From positions 3,305,703 to 3,369,702 of the forward strand of contig CM082577.2 of the NCBI GenBank assembly GCA_040954595.2: a stretch of DNA of 64,000 nucleotides, given 5' to 3'. The position numbers and the translations under genes are program-made. The notes beneath the pieces are model-generated. The model saw only the letters and a list, made by a program, of their open reading frames with translations, searched no databases and was not told the DNA's origin. The DNA comes from Balanoglossus misakiensis. Its lineage: Eukaryota; Animalia; Hemichordata. Of the stretch, positions 1 through 13,100 are shown one piece after another (within the stretch, counting starts at the first letter, position 1; each line of letters opens with the position of its first letter).

Positions 1-69
1 TTTTGCGATGTATCACTTTTCTCTGAAACTATTGCATTTTGATTGGGATCTTGGTTGCCGGGTATGTAG

Positions 70-125
70 GTGACTGACTGACCTGACCTGACCTGACCTG
101 ACCTGAGTAACTGACTGACTGACTG
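70..125. repeat. Compound (TGAC)n/(TGACC)n repeat
   Basis: Directly visible. Confidence 0.85.
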
Positions 126-167
126 CAATAAAGGAAAGGCTAGTCATGTACCCGGCTGTTTACTTAC

Positions 168-302
168 CCCCTCTCTCCATCTCTGGCATTGTGGATCCAC
201 TGGTAAACCAACAGAATCATGGGTTAGCGGTCTGCTGGCAATACAAATGACAGTAACCAATAACAAGGATCTCGGCGACAACGTTATCATTAGTTTCAAA
301 CC
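168..302 (-). CDS. Candidate exon of an unidentified gene running off the left edge
   Basis: Acceptor TTTTTTTTCTGACCAG| and donor GGG|GTAAGT. 135 nt with only one open frame (GLKLMITLSPRSLLLVTVICIASRPLTHDSVGLPVDPQCQRWREG), including a hydrophobic stretch after the ATG at 290. No family recognised. Confidence 0.4.
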
Positions 303-3300
303 CTGGTCAGAAAAAAAAATTACATCCGGTTTCATTTTTCAGGGCCAAGGGAAGTAAGTGAAATTTACTGAAATCAAAATCAAAACTGATCCTGCGAGAT
401 CAGATGGAAATGCTTGGTTTAACTAATAGGGAACTGTGATCGTTTATTCGTCAGTCAAAACAGTGCCCGGGGCCTGAAGCCCCTCACGACAAAGTGGGGA
501 GATTACTCACTCCCGTTTGTTTCAAATCTCCAATTAGCAAATTTTGCCGGGGAAATGGAATCGTTGATCCGAATCTCTCGCCGTGCCCCGAGCGCTCCGA
601 CGTCACGGCGGAACAACGGACTGAAAAAACAACATCGGCAGGGGCGAAGTCACCGACTGTGAAACCTACCCAGGAGTCATACGGCCACACTACGGCAGAT
701 ACAAAACCGGGCGTATAGACGTCGCCCCGTGTGGATGCCGCGGCTCGCTCGCGCGCGTTGGCCGATATTGATATTCTGGTTGGTTTTTCGACTGATTTGG
801 CGAGCGAGGGGTTAGGGGTATTTGGGGAATACTCCATTCGGCGCACATTTGTCAACAGACTCGGCGCGGAATGGAGAAAAATTGGCACCAAATGAAGGGA
901 ATGCCTTGATCGATTTTTTTTTGTCTGGAAACAAATTTTGCTACACGTCTCTGTCCATTGATCCCCTGGTACCCATCGGCCGCAAACACCAGATGTGTAC
1001 CGCTCCGCCAAGAGCCGTCAAGCTATAACCAGTCAAATTGTCATTTCTGTTTAACTCCGCCGATTTATTATGAATATTTTCAATTAATTATCGCGCGCGG
1101 ACCAGGGCGGTTGGCAAGGTCCGTTTAAGAATAATTAGTTATATTAATTTCAGCATTGTTATGCAACCTTTGCCAGCCCTGGACAATGAGGTGACACCGA
1201 GCATAGAGTGTGCAAAGAATCGGTTAATTGCATCGTGAAAATATTGTGAAAGCCGCGTCGAACGTTTTCACTGCGCCCCTTGACTGGGTAAACACTGAAT
1301 TATGCATGTAGTTTTCATTCTAACAAAATAATCTTACATTAAATAAATAATTACGATATTAAATAATGATAACAAACGTGTATGGCGAAAACTGCAAACG
1401 TGTGTTTCACTTTCAAACTAGAAAGACGGCAGGTCACACTCCATAACCTGTGACACGCTTCGCTCTTTTTCATGTCTGGGAAGTAACTTTAATATTCCAA
1501 CCAAAACGCCGAATGAGAAAACGCCAAGTTGTTGCGTAGTTGTTATAACCTCCATCACCTATTAAAAGGTCGTTAATTGCGTTGATTAAATCGTTAAAAC
1601 GCACTTGAAAATCTTTCGAGTGCTCTTAAGTTTCAATAGGAAATTAGGTTTATTTTATAATGATTTAACAAGTTATTAATCCCGGTCCTATGCCTTTTGA
1701 GCGGATGAAATAAAATAAAATAAACTGTTTAATATAGTCTTACTTTGCAGTTTTATTTTTAATTGACCACCCTGCATATTGTGACAGCGTTAATTTCCGC
1801 CACCATGACAGTTTTGTTGATAGTTTTTCAATAGAAAATCGCTCGTTTTTGTCGCGGGGATGTAATAGAATATTTATTTGCGGTGCAGAAATAGCGGGGA
1901 CAAACAGGCAGCCGATCGACCTGGCTCTCAGAATGTTTGAAATGTATCGCATCCTGGAAGTGTACAGGAAATTAAAGCGTGTCGTATCTGTCGTTAACTG
2001 CATGGGTTGGCCGATAACGCGCCAAAATATATACATATGTATAAAATATATGTCGCGGGAAGTGAATTGAGCAGTAAGCGCACACTTTATCTTCTTGAAA
2101 ATCGAATTGAAAGAGTTCTGGACGCGAGATAAAGGAAATGGCGAATTGAACGATATCGCGAGAAGTGGAGGTGAATATAATCTGCCGTTGATGAATGAAA
2201 CTTTAAGTATGTCTCAACGCTGGTATTTGGAGATAAACAGAGAAAATCTGCTCGTTTTTCGGCGCTGTTTGAAACCTTGCCCCAGAGCTGGGTGTAAACG
2301 TCGCGGCTGATTTATATAGCCATCTCGACCAATCTTGTCGTTGATTTATCCCCCTGATTTTAATTATTCATGTTAATGCGCGAATGAATTTATTAGGATT
2401 TATGAAAGGATACTTAGTCGCTAAATGTAATTTGCGACGTTGCTCCATCTATCAGTTAACCAAAATTAGTTCCCGTGCTTCTTAAACGAGCGCCTGATGA
2501 GCTAAAAACATCTCGACCACTTAAGATCTCATTGGCCCTGTTGCAAACGGCGTTTCACTTGTTCCTTCGCCGGAGTTCTATTCATTTAAGACGCTACGTG
2601 TTTTCATTGCCAATTCTACTGAATTGAATTATTCATAGCCCTACTATTAACCTCCAACATGAGATAATGTCTGGCCGCGCGATAGGGTTTTTTCCCCTAA
2701 TACAATTGTCGACTGTACTTAAGGCGCAAATGTAAACTGCCTACTGCAATTTCCTACGCGTATTATCACCCATTCCGTTGGTAATTTTCCGAGTTCGGTT
2801 TATTGTTTGTTTCAATCACTATTGATGTCGCGTCCAACGTGGACTCGACAGCCCCGCATTCCTCAAAAGTTTTAACGGCGGTTCATCCGGGGGCACGGTT
2901 GTTGCTACGTCATTCCTCTCTCAACAGTCGCCAGCCAGCAAGCCAGCCAGCCCGACCCCTGCTACCTCTATACCGTCCCTTCAGCCACCGCGTATCATCA
3001 CCAGTCCACACCATCCTGGGTAAGTCAGCCTCCGCAGTGGATATTTGAAAAATCAATACGAAGATAGCCGTATAGAAAACGACAACGTAGATTACATACA
3101 TGTGTACACGAAATTGAATTCATTCGCGTGGACCTTGCGATATGACGTCACTCACCCACATTATGAAACCCCACTCTATATGATGGACACAATTCGAGAA
3201 GAAAGGGCGATTAACTAACAGATAATTCATTTTTGTCAACAACGAAAAATAGCTGAATAAATGATTAATTATATTCTGTGAAATACCTCGTTATTTTGAC

Positions 3301-6300
3301 GAGTCCTGCTGTACTGAAAACAAACGACTTATTTATATTTTATGATTTCCGGATTCTTATTGAAGTATTATTTATTTTGCTGTATCGATAGAATGCAGTA
3401 AAAGTTTATGGAGGAACGGGGGAAAAAAGAGAGTGCGTCTATATGTACCCGCGCTTGGTGCGCGTAAAGTTTACCATACCGCGTATATGCTAATGACGCG
3501 AAGGCATCGCTTTAATTGAGATAATGGCTATTGTTAACACCCTCCGTTAACTCACTTAACGGGAAACCTTCTCCGTTGTAATTAAATCACTGCCGGCCAT
3601 TGCCAGTGCCTGCGACTCGCACCTTACTGACGCGAACTCGTCCGTGTGTCGTCACCGTCTAGGTGACGTGGCGCAGAGAGCAGGGCGCGACTCCTCGCAC
3701 CGTTCAGTCTGAAGGCAGAGAGAGAGAAAAAACAATCCCTCGTCTCGGCGACAGCTCGAAAATGAGCGTATCCTGCCGGACTGACTGTTTTAAATGCGCA
3801 TCTGTGAAAGTTACACCTCGTGTTACGCTTTAAATTTCTATCTACTTCGGCGTTGACACGACGCTCAGATAGTTTGACAAATTCGTTTGCCTCGCCACTC
3901 CTCCCCGAATGGGGAAATTGATAGAATAACATATTTGACCAAATTCCAACTGCATTATTCCATTACACAGTTTGAATTATTAATTCGCGTTTTGATGGCT
4001 CGTATCTCTCCTGCCATCTCCGACTCGTCAAAACGATATCACATACATATGAAAAATATGACTCGCAAGTCGGCCGCGGGGGACGCGGGAACAAATCCGC
4101 CACAACCGTATTCCGGGGAAAGATATACGCGCCCAAATCCCCCCTCGTTCTAACGATATGTCGCTTTCTCTCCAGTTCGCCGCGTTGCATTCCAGCTGTC
4201 GCGATGGCAGATATGTCTACTGTGTAGAAGATTGTATCCGCTACCGACCGCTCACCCAGCTAAAGATTGATTCGCCTGCTCGCAAGGAGCCGTGGGAATA
4301 GAGATGGTTTACACTGCATAAATGCTTCATAAATTGACTGTGATTTTAGAGGGGTCTACAAGGATAGCAATCAAGCATATATATAGCGTGGTGTTTATGA
4401 ATTTACAAACACGACGGCCCTTTCATTTGATTTCCGAGCCTCCCTGCGTTGTCGACAGATGCTCGTACACGCCAGCGACACGTCCATTGTTGCAGCCGTC
4501 CGTGGAAAGCAGTTCGGCTTGTACAATGAAAGAAAATATATCTATATATATTTAAACACACACCGAATTTCTGAAACAGTGACTCTATATGTCTTCACCG
4601 GATGAGTGTATAGGCCCCGCCCGCCGCTACTGCCCGGAGCTGGCACGGCGCACGTCGCCGGCTTTGAAACTAAATGAATATGACCGGTGTAGGTTAAAAA
4701 GGTTCCCCATTTCATTCATCGAAATAAAAATAACAGAACGTGATTGAATATTTTCCAAATGCGTTATGCTGGCTAATTCTATTAAGAAGCCTAAGAGTGC
4801 CTATTCGTATCAATAATTCGTAGCAAAACGAGGACCCAGGAGAGCGGGGAACGCAGCTGTCCGGCAAGCGGGCGTGATCGTAAACTTTCCGATAATTCAC
4901 CCCCAAAAATAAAAAAAAAATCTCCCGGATTACAGCATTTATATTTGATGTCCCAAAATGTGTATTTGTCAATTTCCAATGATAAACATGTTTGAAATTT
5001 ACGGCGATGGCCATAAAAAAGAAAATCTCTGAGTATTGTTTCACTCTGCTGTTGTATAGGCACCGACGGATCGTATCAACTCCGCCATTGATCGATGGAT
5101 TGACAGCACAGGGCTTTCAGTCTCATTTGTTCCGGATTTTGTCAGACGGATGGAAAATAAACTATTATGATGATACACTATTTGAACAGCGTTGGGGAAT
5201 AAAGGGGACAATTTTGTTGGAATTGTTAAGAAACACATTACGTTCTCCCGCCTCGTGTTTCTCCTTTTTGCTTCACGTGTGGCATTTGTCGAGTCTGGAA
5301 TTATTCTCGCGGACTGTGAATTTGAAACCAGATTACATGATGACAGATGCCAGCACGATGGGAAACGTCAGGTTTACAATCCTTTCTTGAAGCTTCCACG
5401 TTTCCTAGGTCCGGAAATACCAGAAATTGGCCAATAATTGTTAATCTTTCGCGAGTTTCGCCGTGATATACACGGTATAGCGACAGAGCGCCGGACGGAG
5501 GGTCGCACCGAAAGAGCGCATAATCGAAGCCGCCGGGGCTTTTTGTTAGAGACGCGCAGGCATGCCATTGTGCAGGCGGGGGTATTAGAGCCGGCAGGTA
5601 CATTAAAACGATCCTTTGTCTGCGGGGAGTTGGGCCATTGTTTTAGGCCGTTCTATGCCACATGGCCTTTTTAACGGCAGGCAGCTTTTTCGCCACACAT
5701 CAGTGATCCCATTAAGAAGAGATCCACGTAGTATCCCGTGTCCGCCGCTCTTTAAATCAAATTTCCGAACTGAATCTGAAATTGCGCTCAGCCGAGATTT
5801 GTCCCATTTCCGCTGCGCCGCAAAATCTAGACCCGGCCGTAGAGCGGTGCGATGGCATTCTGATCGCCCGGTTCCCGCCAGGCGTTTTCGGGGCGGGAAA
5901 TCACGGCCATCGTTGTCGTCTGCGAGCGATTAACAGAGAAAAAATATAAGCAATTTGAAGAGCAAACCAAAATACGAGGTTAATTCCAAGGCACCTGATT
6001 TGGCAGCTGCCAAATAACCCATTTTTCACTTGTGCGGACCTTAAAAACTTTGTGTGCGTGTGTGTATGAGATCATAGACTTCTTGTTTACTGTTTGTTTT
6101 CTGCTTAACCGCCGTTGTGTTTTCACCCGTCGACTTCAACGTGGACCGCATAACAATGACTTTTACACGAATGACCTTCACGGACGAATAGAAACTCCAC
6201 GCGCACTGCATGTCTACTGTTATTTTTTATCATCTATCCCGACTAACCCCGCTAATAATTTGGATGCAGTACATGCAAAGAAATTTGAAATACTAACACG

Positions 6301-6871
6301 AGGTCATCGGAGGTCACCGGCGAACAGGAAACACATTGAAAAGTCAGTATATCTCGGAGTTTCTCGTAAATCTATATTGGGATGAATTCAACTTGATCTC
6401 GTCCTTTTTGCCGGTGATAGGTGAATGGGGAAGGTGTCCACGAGTAAGAAGGATATTAGGGGGATAGGAGGGGAGGTGAGGGGGGCACAGGGTCGGTCGT
6501 ATTATTATGACAAATACTGACCAAAGATTGCAGTATTATCCTGAAAAGGTCACAAGTCTTTTAAAACGCTATAAAGGGGCGATGGAAAAGCTATTATCCT
6601 TTCAGCGCTCAATTTGTTTTCTTATGATTTCAAATTTGTTTAGTTTTATCGATAATCTTTAAACGTGTCTATTGTTGCCTGTGTGTGTATCTATATGGCC
6701 TACTGACTCCAGTTCAATACATACCTCATTAAATGTCAACACACATTCAGAATTTTTAAAGCCAAATTTAGACTTCTTTTTTGCTTGTTTGTTTTCGCTT
6801 GACAGATCTGTATCACATCAAATGTACTCTCTGGGTGTTAATGTATTTCATATTCCCTCCTTGGTGCTTAC

Positions 6872-6964
6872 CCTGCCTGCCTGTCTGTCTGTCTGTCTGT
6901 CTGTCTTTTTGTTTGTTTGTTTGTTTGTTTGTTTGTTTGTTTGTTTGTTTGTTTGTTTGTTTGT
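6872..6964. repeat. Compound microsatellite (CCTG)n(TCTG)n(TTTG)n
   Basis: Directly visible. Confidence 0.93.
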
Positions 6965-9258
6965 TGTGAAATGTCGTTTTCATCTTCTGTTAATTTTTTC
7001 AATATGTGTTTTGCCCAAGTGCGTTAATAGTACAGGGGCTGTGTTTTTCTTCAAACCAACCCGGACAAAACCACGTGTGTCAAGACTCAGCTATGCTCAT
7101 TCCTTGAGTAACAGAGCCACCAGTCGCCGGCAAAGTGGGAGGTGGTGAGGTGGGGGGGGGGTGGTGGTTGCATTTCCATGCTACCCGATAGAATGCATAA
7201 TATATACTAGTACTACCCCTGCATATCAGCGAAATCTGAAATCGCAACACTTTGGAGCTTGTGACGTGTCAAAGATCCGCATCTGAATCTGAATCACAGC
7301 ACACCTCTGCCTGATGCGCGCCTAAGTGTTTGGATACACTGAAATTAACTTAAAGATATAACAGCTCGGAGCCTATTAAGACTTGCATTCAAAGGGCACG
7401 GCGCTTTGACCTTTCGATGTGGGATGGCATGCGATAAGCCTTCTCTGATCGGATAGAGGACAAACGATATGGGAGGTGAGAATGAAATGGACACGGCTTA
7501 GAGTGCGTTTCATTTAAACCATTTCGGTGTTTTATTTCATTCGATCGGAATGTTCATTGGTTCGGGAAACCATAGTCGAGTAAACATTTAACAACAAATG
7601 AACCCGGGGCAAAAGTTTTTACTGTACATGTATGAGAAAAAATCTTTTATTTTGATTTCACCGTGGGAAACACATCGCGCTATTTTGTGACTGCTATATC
7701 GCCAGCAGTTGTTAATTTCTGGTCAAAAACGCCGAATTTTGTTTTTACAGAAAAAACTTTGCTTCTTAAAAATAAGGTTTGTCATGAGAGCTTTGAAGTT
7801 ATTTACACACATGCAGGTGGTTTTCACTTCTTCACCCATTGGTTAGGCCCTTGCAACTCAACTTCAAACGTAGCGTGGTGACGCTTCGAACACCCCTATA
7901 GAAAATTGACTCTTACTTCGAAGAACGGGTCGTCCCTAATTGAAGCAAATGAAATCCCCCGTTGTTGAAATAGGATTTTCATTTCTGCGTTGTCATATTC
8001 AATTACACCGCACGCTGTTTTCGCTCTCCTCGGCAATTGTTGTGAGCCCGGGGCGAGCAAACATGTGTATCTCGGTCTTATCTGTAAGTTAGGGGAGGAA
8101 GAAACCAAATTTCACGTCTTTAAAACAACATCTAACGGGGCGGGGTGTACTGTATCTTTTTAAGCAAAGAAACGGCACATTAAGTTATACGCATTGTTGT
8201 AAACAAACAAACATGTTTCGTTCACTTAAAATGTACAACAGGTATTGAAATACACAGGCAGGTACTTAGGACATATAAGACTATAATAATCACTGTAATG
8301 TACATATATTATCATACAATATAAAAAAAGTCAATTTTGAACTGACAAGTACGTTTTCTCGTTTTTCTTGTTGTTTTTATAGAAAAAAAGTTTCTAAAAT
8401 GCAAACTGACAATAAACACAGTTGAGAGATGTTGTGCTTGGACGGTGGAATTTCTCTTTTAACCAGCTAATTAAAATACAGCTGTACGGGCAATGTCCGA
8501 CTCGATCTGTTTTCACGAGAACATGCGAGATGAAATGTCAACAGCGACGAAAAAAAGAATTATTAAAAACGCCCCGGCGATGAAATTCGGGCTGCAATAT
8601 TGCAACAAGAGAAAGTTGAACGTAATAGGGAACATTTGAAAGGCGCCACGTCCTTCCGCTTTTATCCCACGTTACAAGCGGTTAAAATAAAATATATAAA
8701 ATAAATCTCTCTTTGTCTTACAAAATATGTAAGAAACTGTTCGTTTCCATCGTTCTGCGAAATCAAGACAAAAGCACAAAAAATGCGACAAAGCTGCGCG
8801 ATCATATCGCCTTGTCGTACATGTAGTCGTATAAGGAAACGGCTGAGTGTTGAGAAGAATGATCTGCTTCGTTAACATGCGTCAGGTACACGTCATGTTA
8901 AAGAGACAATGTTTAACCTTCAAGATGGATGGGCGATCTGTGTGTTTCGGTCTACTTGTCAGCTATTAAAAAGAAAGCTAGGCTCAATAATATTTCATCC
9001 TACGTCAGTCTTTGATGTGAGTCAGACACACGCACAGTTCTCTCTCTCTCTCTCTTTCTTGAGAAGAGTTCGTCACAGCGACAAGATCTTTCAGAAGCGT
9101 TCGTCAGGCTTCGTCGAAATTCCATGATCAGATTATTTTATGATCTTGATTTTGTAGTTTAATGACAAGGTTGTTTGTTCGTTTTTTTTTAAACTTGGCA
9201 AAGGTAGTTTGAACGTGGCATTATGATTAAAAATGTTTTTTTTTTCAATTGTCAAGTG

Positions 9259-10146
9259 TCAGCAAACTGCGTTCCTGACGTCATCGACTCCGAGTTCAGT
9301 TTTAATGGCGTTCTGGTGCTCCCTGGCCCGTATTCGTAACGAGGCGATGCTGGAACTCTGTCGGTCTTCCGAAACACGCACTTGGGTCTCTTCGAATTTC
9401 GGCACGGCCACCGGCGAAGTGGTGGACGGGGGAGCGCCGCCCTTGACGACGAACCCAATCGGCTGCGAGATTCCGTACACGGAATACAGCCCTACGGAGA
9501 CGGAGTCAATTGATTTGAGCCGGTGGACCTTCGTCGAAGTCACGTGCTTTGTGGCGCCATTGCGCGGCTGTTGCGAGTTCTTGTTCGAATCGGCGGCCAG
9601 AATCTCATCGATACTGAAGGGACTCCTGAACGCTGACTTTTGTGAGGCCGTTTCCGAGACCTTCATTTCGTCCCCTCGCAAATGCACACTGCAGTCCCTG
9701 TCCGCGTCTTCGAGAGCGTTCCTTTTGTTCGCCAGATTGTCTGTCGCGTTTTTGTCGGGGTTTGTGTTGATCGTCGACGATTTGACGGCGTCTCCGGCAG
9801 CGTCGTCATCGTCGCTGCTGCCGCTACCGCCACAGGGCCTTCTATTGCTTCCCTTGTCGTCCAGTCTTTTCGACTCTGTTATCTTAAAGCCCTGCTGCAG
9901 ACTCAGGTGTTTCAAGTCCACGTCCTTGTTGTTTTTGGCAGCTTCCTTCAACAGCTTCAGCCGGTTCTTCTCCTCCTGTTTCTTCCTCTTCCTCTCAGAT
10001 CTCTCCAGTTCCTTCTTCTTCAGCTCGTCCGGGTCGATGGGCACACCGCTGCACGTCGTCGGGTGGGCGTTATGCGCTGGCCGCCCGGGCCCTTTCTTCG
10101 TGTTCTCCTTTTTGCGCCACTTGGCCCGGCGATTCTGGAACCACAC
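9259..10146 (-). CDS. Uncx: Uncx canonical copy, coding exon 3 (homeodomain helix 3, Uncx signature, second eh1, OAR motif, stop)
   Basis: Acceptor TTTTCCCGCCGTAG|GTG is phase 0. Begins VWFQNRRAKWRKKENTKKGPGRPAHNAHPTTCSG (Q50 homeodomain plus the Uncx-specific extension). FSIDEIL at 9598-9618, QPIGFVV at 9445-9465, RQSSSIASLRIRAREH at 9316-9363, TGA at 9259-9261. Spliced CDS is 1338 nt, 445 aa. Confidence 0.96.
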   Translation of the reverse strand: MWFQNRRAKWRKKENTKKGPGRPAHNAHPTTCSGVPIDPDELKKKELERSERKRKKQEEKNRLKLLKEAAKNNKDVDLKHLSLQQGFKITESKRLDDKGSNRRPCGGSGSSDDDDAAGDAVKSSTINTNPDKNATDNLANKRNALEDADRDCSVHLRGDEMKVSETASQKSAFRSPFSIDEILAADSNKNSQQPRNGATKHVTSTKVHRLKSIDSVSVGLYSVYGISQPIGFVVKGGAPPSTTSPVAVPKFEETQVRVSEDRQSSSIASLRIRAREHQNAIKTELGVDDVRNAVC

Positions 10147-13100
10147 CTACGGCGGGAAAAGGGTAGAAATTTTGCAGACGATTAGCTGCGAATAACAGGC
10201 GGGAAGACAGTGGCCGTCGCTGAGACGCTATCATTGGACGGTTGAGAAAAAAACACCATTAACATTGGCTATTTGCATGGTGATTTGAAGTCAATAATTG
10301 GCAGACACTCGTAGATAATGATTTTTCTGCAGATATGATATTCCATTACATTTTTATGTAGCCAATTTCTCATCACAGTTCGGGGCAAGCAGTGATTTGT
10401 GGCAACTAGAATTGCGCAGATTTAATGACAGTCTTTCCTTTTTACTTCCAAAAATAATTAATTCTATAATTTCAATTTTACACGAGTCTGTTGCGATGGA
10501 ATTTTTTATGCGTTATGACGTGAAACGAGTGTCTGTAGACCCAATATCGACCGACCCTCGGCGTCAGGTTGGGAGAAAACGCTCATCAAAATGAACGACC
10601 GAAATAAACAAACGTATAGCAGCGAAATGAATAACATATACAACGAGTTTGGGGAACAACGTCGGAAATGTCGCTTCGAACTGCCCGGCTAATTTAATCA
10701 CACAATTTAATAACTGTCAACCTCATAAATTCGCTCATTTCGATGCAAGGGCTTCTTGGAGCACCACCGGAGTTTACTGGTGTGGACGAGCGCCCAATAT
10801 TGGATAAATTTCATCGCTGTTTCGCGCCATGACGTCGAGACAGGCTGAATTGATCGCGCACGAGGAAAGAAAATCTCGTCAATTTCGAGGGGACAAATTA
10901 AGGAAAATATGTTACGCGGTATTAACGTCAATAGCCACTTGTTCTGACAAGCGGAATTAAATAGCTGAACAATCGGTTTATCGTCTTAAAATAACGACAC
11001 CAACCCGTGCGGTCTGATTTCCGAAGTTGAGGGTTAGTGAAACTGTCTCATACGAGACTAAACTAATCCGGTCTCAAAATCTCGAATGTCAGCTCCGAGA
11101 GCCGGCTAAGCAGCCAGGAAGAGAGTAAAACCGCTTAAACTGAATATTCGGGGTTTCAGTCTTTTTGTATTGTGTAGCCGAGACTTAAAAAATAATCCCA
11201 CAATTTAACCCAAGAAAAATAGAATCCTTTCCTGCGTCTTCGATGACTTAGCCTACATCTTGTCTATTTGTCTGTGCTTACATGTATAACGGGAAAGTCC
11301 TGACGTGATCAAAACCTTAGGTTTCTTAATGAAATTACTTTTTCAAAAAAAATATAACGGTCGGGGTATTTTGCTTGTTTTAAATTCTGCAGTAAATCTA
11401 AAATGGCATCGTGAATTCTCCCATCGAAATAATTTCAAATCCTTGGCGATTTGACTATTTCTTGGGCGCCCGGGGCAAACTGTCGTTGTTCGTTGCTATT
11501 AGAGCAGTGAGTTCGGCGCCAAGTTGGTCGATGTGTCTTCATATGGGTCTGCACGTACCAATTCTCGGGCTCTGGTGAGCTTAATTTAATTCCGTGTGTT
11601 ATTAAGTCCCGATCGGATTAATTCCAATCTATCCCCACCACGTTAATTCCGTTTTAATATCGACAATATACATTGAAGACTGACAGGGGCCGCATAACCC
11701 AATCTTTCATATACATCCGCCGCACGCCAGGAGAGAAAACAAAAACCCTCACGGAACCCAAAAACTACTGGCCAACAATCGACGTCTCCTAAAACTCGCA
11801 TTTTTTTTTAATTTCATTAAATCTTTGTCAGCGGACGGTTAGCTGCTGGGTTTCGAACCGGCCGTCATTGGATACTGTGATTAGCAGCAAAGCGAGTGTG
11901 TATAAAAAAAGAGATTTTCAATATTGGCTTTTCGTCGTTTTCATAAAAATTCAATAAATGGCCATTTGAGACGCAGAAAGGGAATCCATTCACGGAATAT
12001 CCTCCAGTTCGTTAGGAAGCGCGGGATATGAAACTATTCTCTACCCTAGTATTACATTTGGTTAGCTTTTTTTGTGTAAACCCTAAGATAAGCAATAAGC
12101 GAAACATTCTTTTAACACCCTAAATGTAATTTTCGCATTTTAATAAAGCCTCCGAGGGTCCATTTTGGCCGTATTTGGAATTGTAAATGATTTAACACGC
12201 GGATAATTCGTGTTCGCCGCGCCAAATGAAATTATACGATCTTGCGACGTGAAATCAAACATCGGCCGTGAAAGGTAACAAAAGCAACGTCGGCACAGCA
12301 TACATAAATACTCATTTGGTTAGCAGCGACATAGATAAATTGTCACTTTTCGTATTGTGACACTATAAATGGCGCGGTGTCTTGTAAACAAACACAGTTC
12401 CCGTATTGTTAGCACTTCCTTTATTGAATTAAACTTAAGCCGTAATTGCCATAAAGAAATGAGAGAGAGAGAGAAAAAAGTAACGCAGTCCACATTTTCA
12501 GGGAACAAAAAAAACGAGATTAAAAACGCGGATTCGCCTGTCGATTTCACCCTTGACAAACCCAATATCGATGTTAACACCGTTCGCAGTGAGCTCAATT
12601 CAATATGTTTGATTCCGAGAGCACGCGCGGTGGCGATAATTTAGACTGACTTCTTAAATTTTGTTATTGCACGAGATCAATCGAGATTTAATGACTTTCT
12701 CCACCCATCGCGGATTTCTTCCTTGAATGACGTCATCCAGAATATTGGCTGGAACTCATGTCTTTCTCTGGCCATGAAGGGAGGTAGAGAATCCCCCCCC
12801 TCCCCGCTTACCCCCCCCCCCCCTTAAAAAAACAGGTGAGCTAATATAAACCAAGTTCGCATCTGTGGACACTTTCCTATTGCTTAAAAAAACCCCCACA
12901 AAGCAGTTAAAAGTTAAATGTTATTTGTTGTGGGGAGCAGTTTTCCGCCGCGTGATCCGATTAAGACCCGTTTTTATATTTTCTTTATTCTCCGACCAGA
13001 AGTTCCAGGCCGTAACCATGGTAACTTAATCGCTGGAAACTTTTATTTCGGAGAGTAGCGACCTTCTTCAAAACAGGGGGGACGCCATTGAATCAATTTC

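Noticed and set aside
6672-7148. Hydrophobic VCLS/VCLF-repeat ORFs here and at 26541-26940, 29778-30227, 31188-31576 and 39968-40464
   Set aside because: Translations of microsatellites and low-complexity tracts.
7138-7168. G-runs and C-runs (also 6460-6490, 12793-12823, 31153-31172) as possible G-quadruplexes
   Set aside because: Homopolymer runs are scattered across the window with no positional pattern, so they look like ordinary low-complexity sequence.
9233-10195. 320-aa plus-strand ORF (and the 167-aa ORF at 9682-10185)
   Set aside because: Antisense shadows of Uncx exon 3, with no independent protein features.
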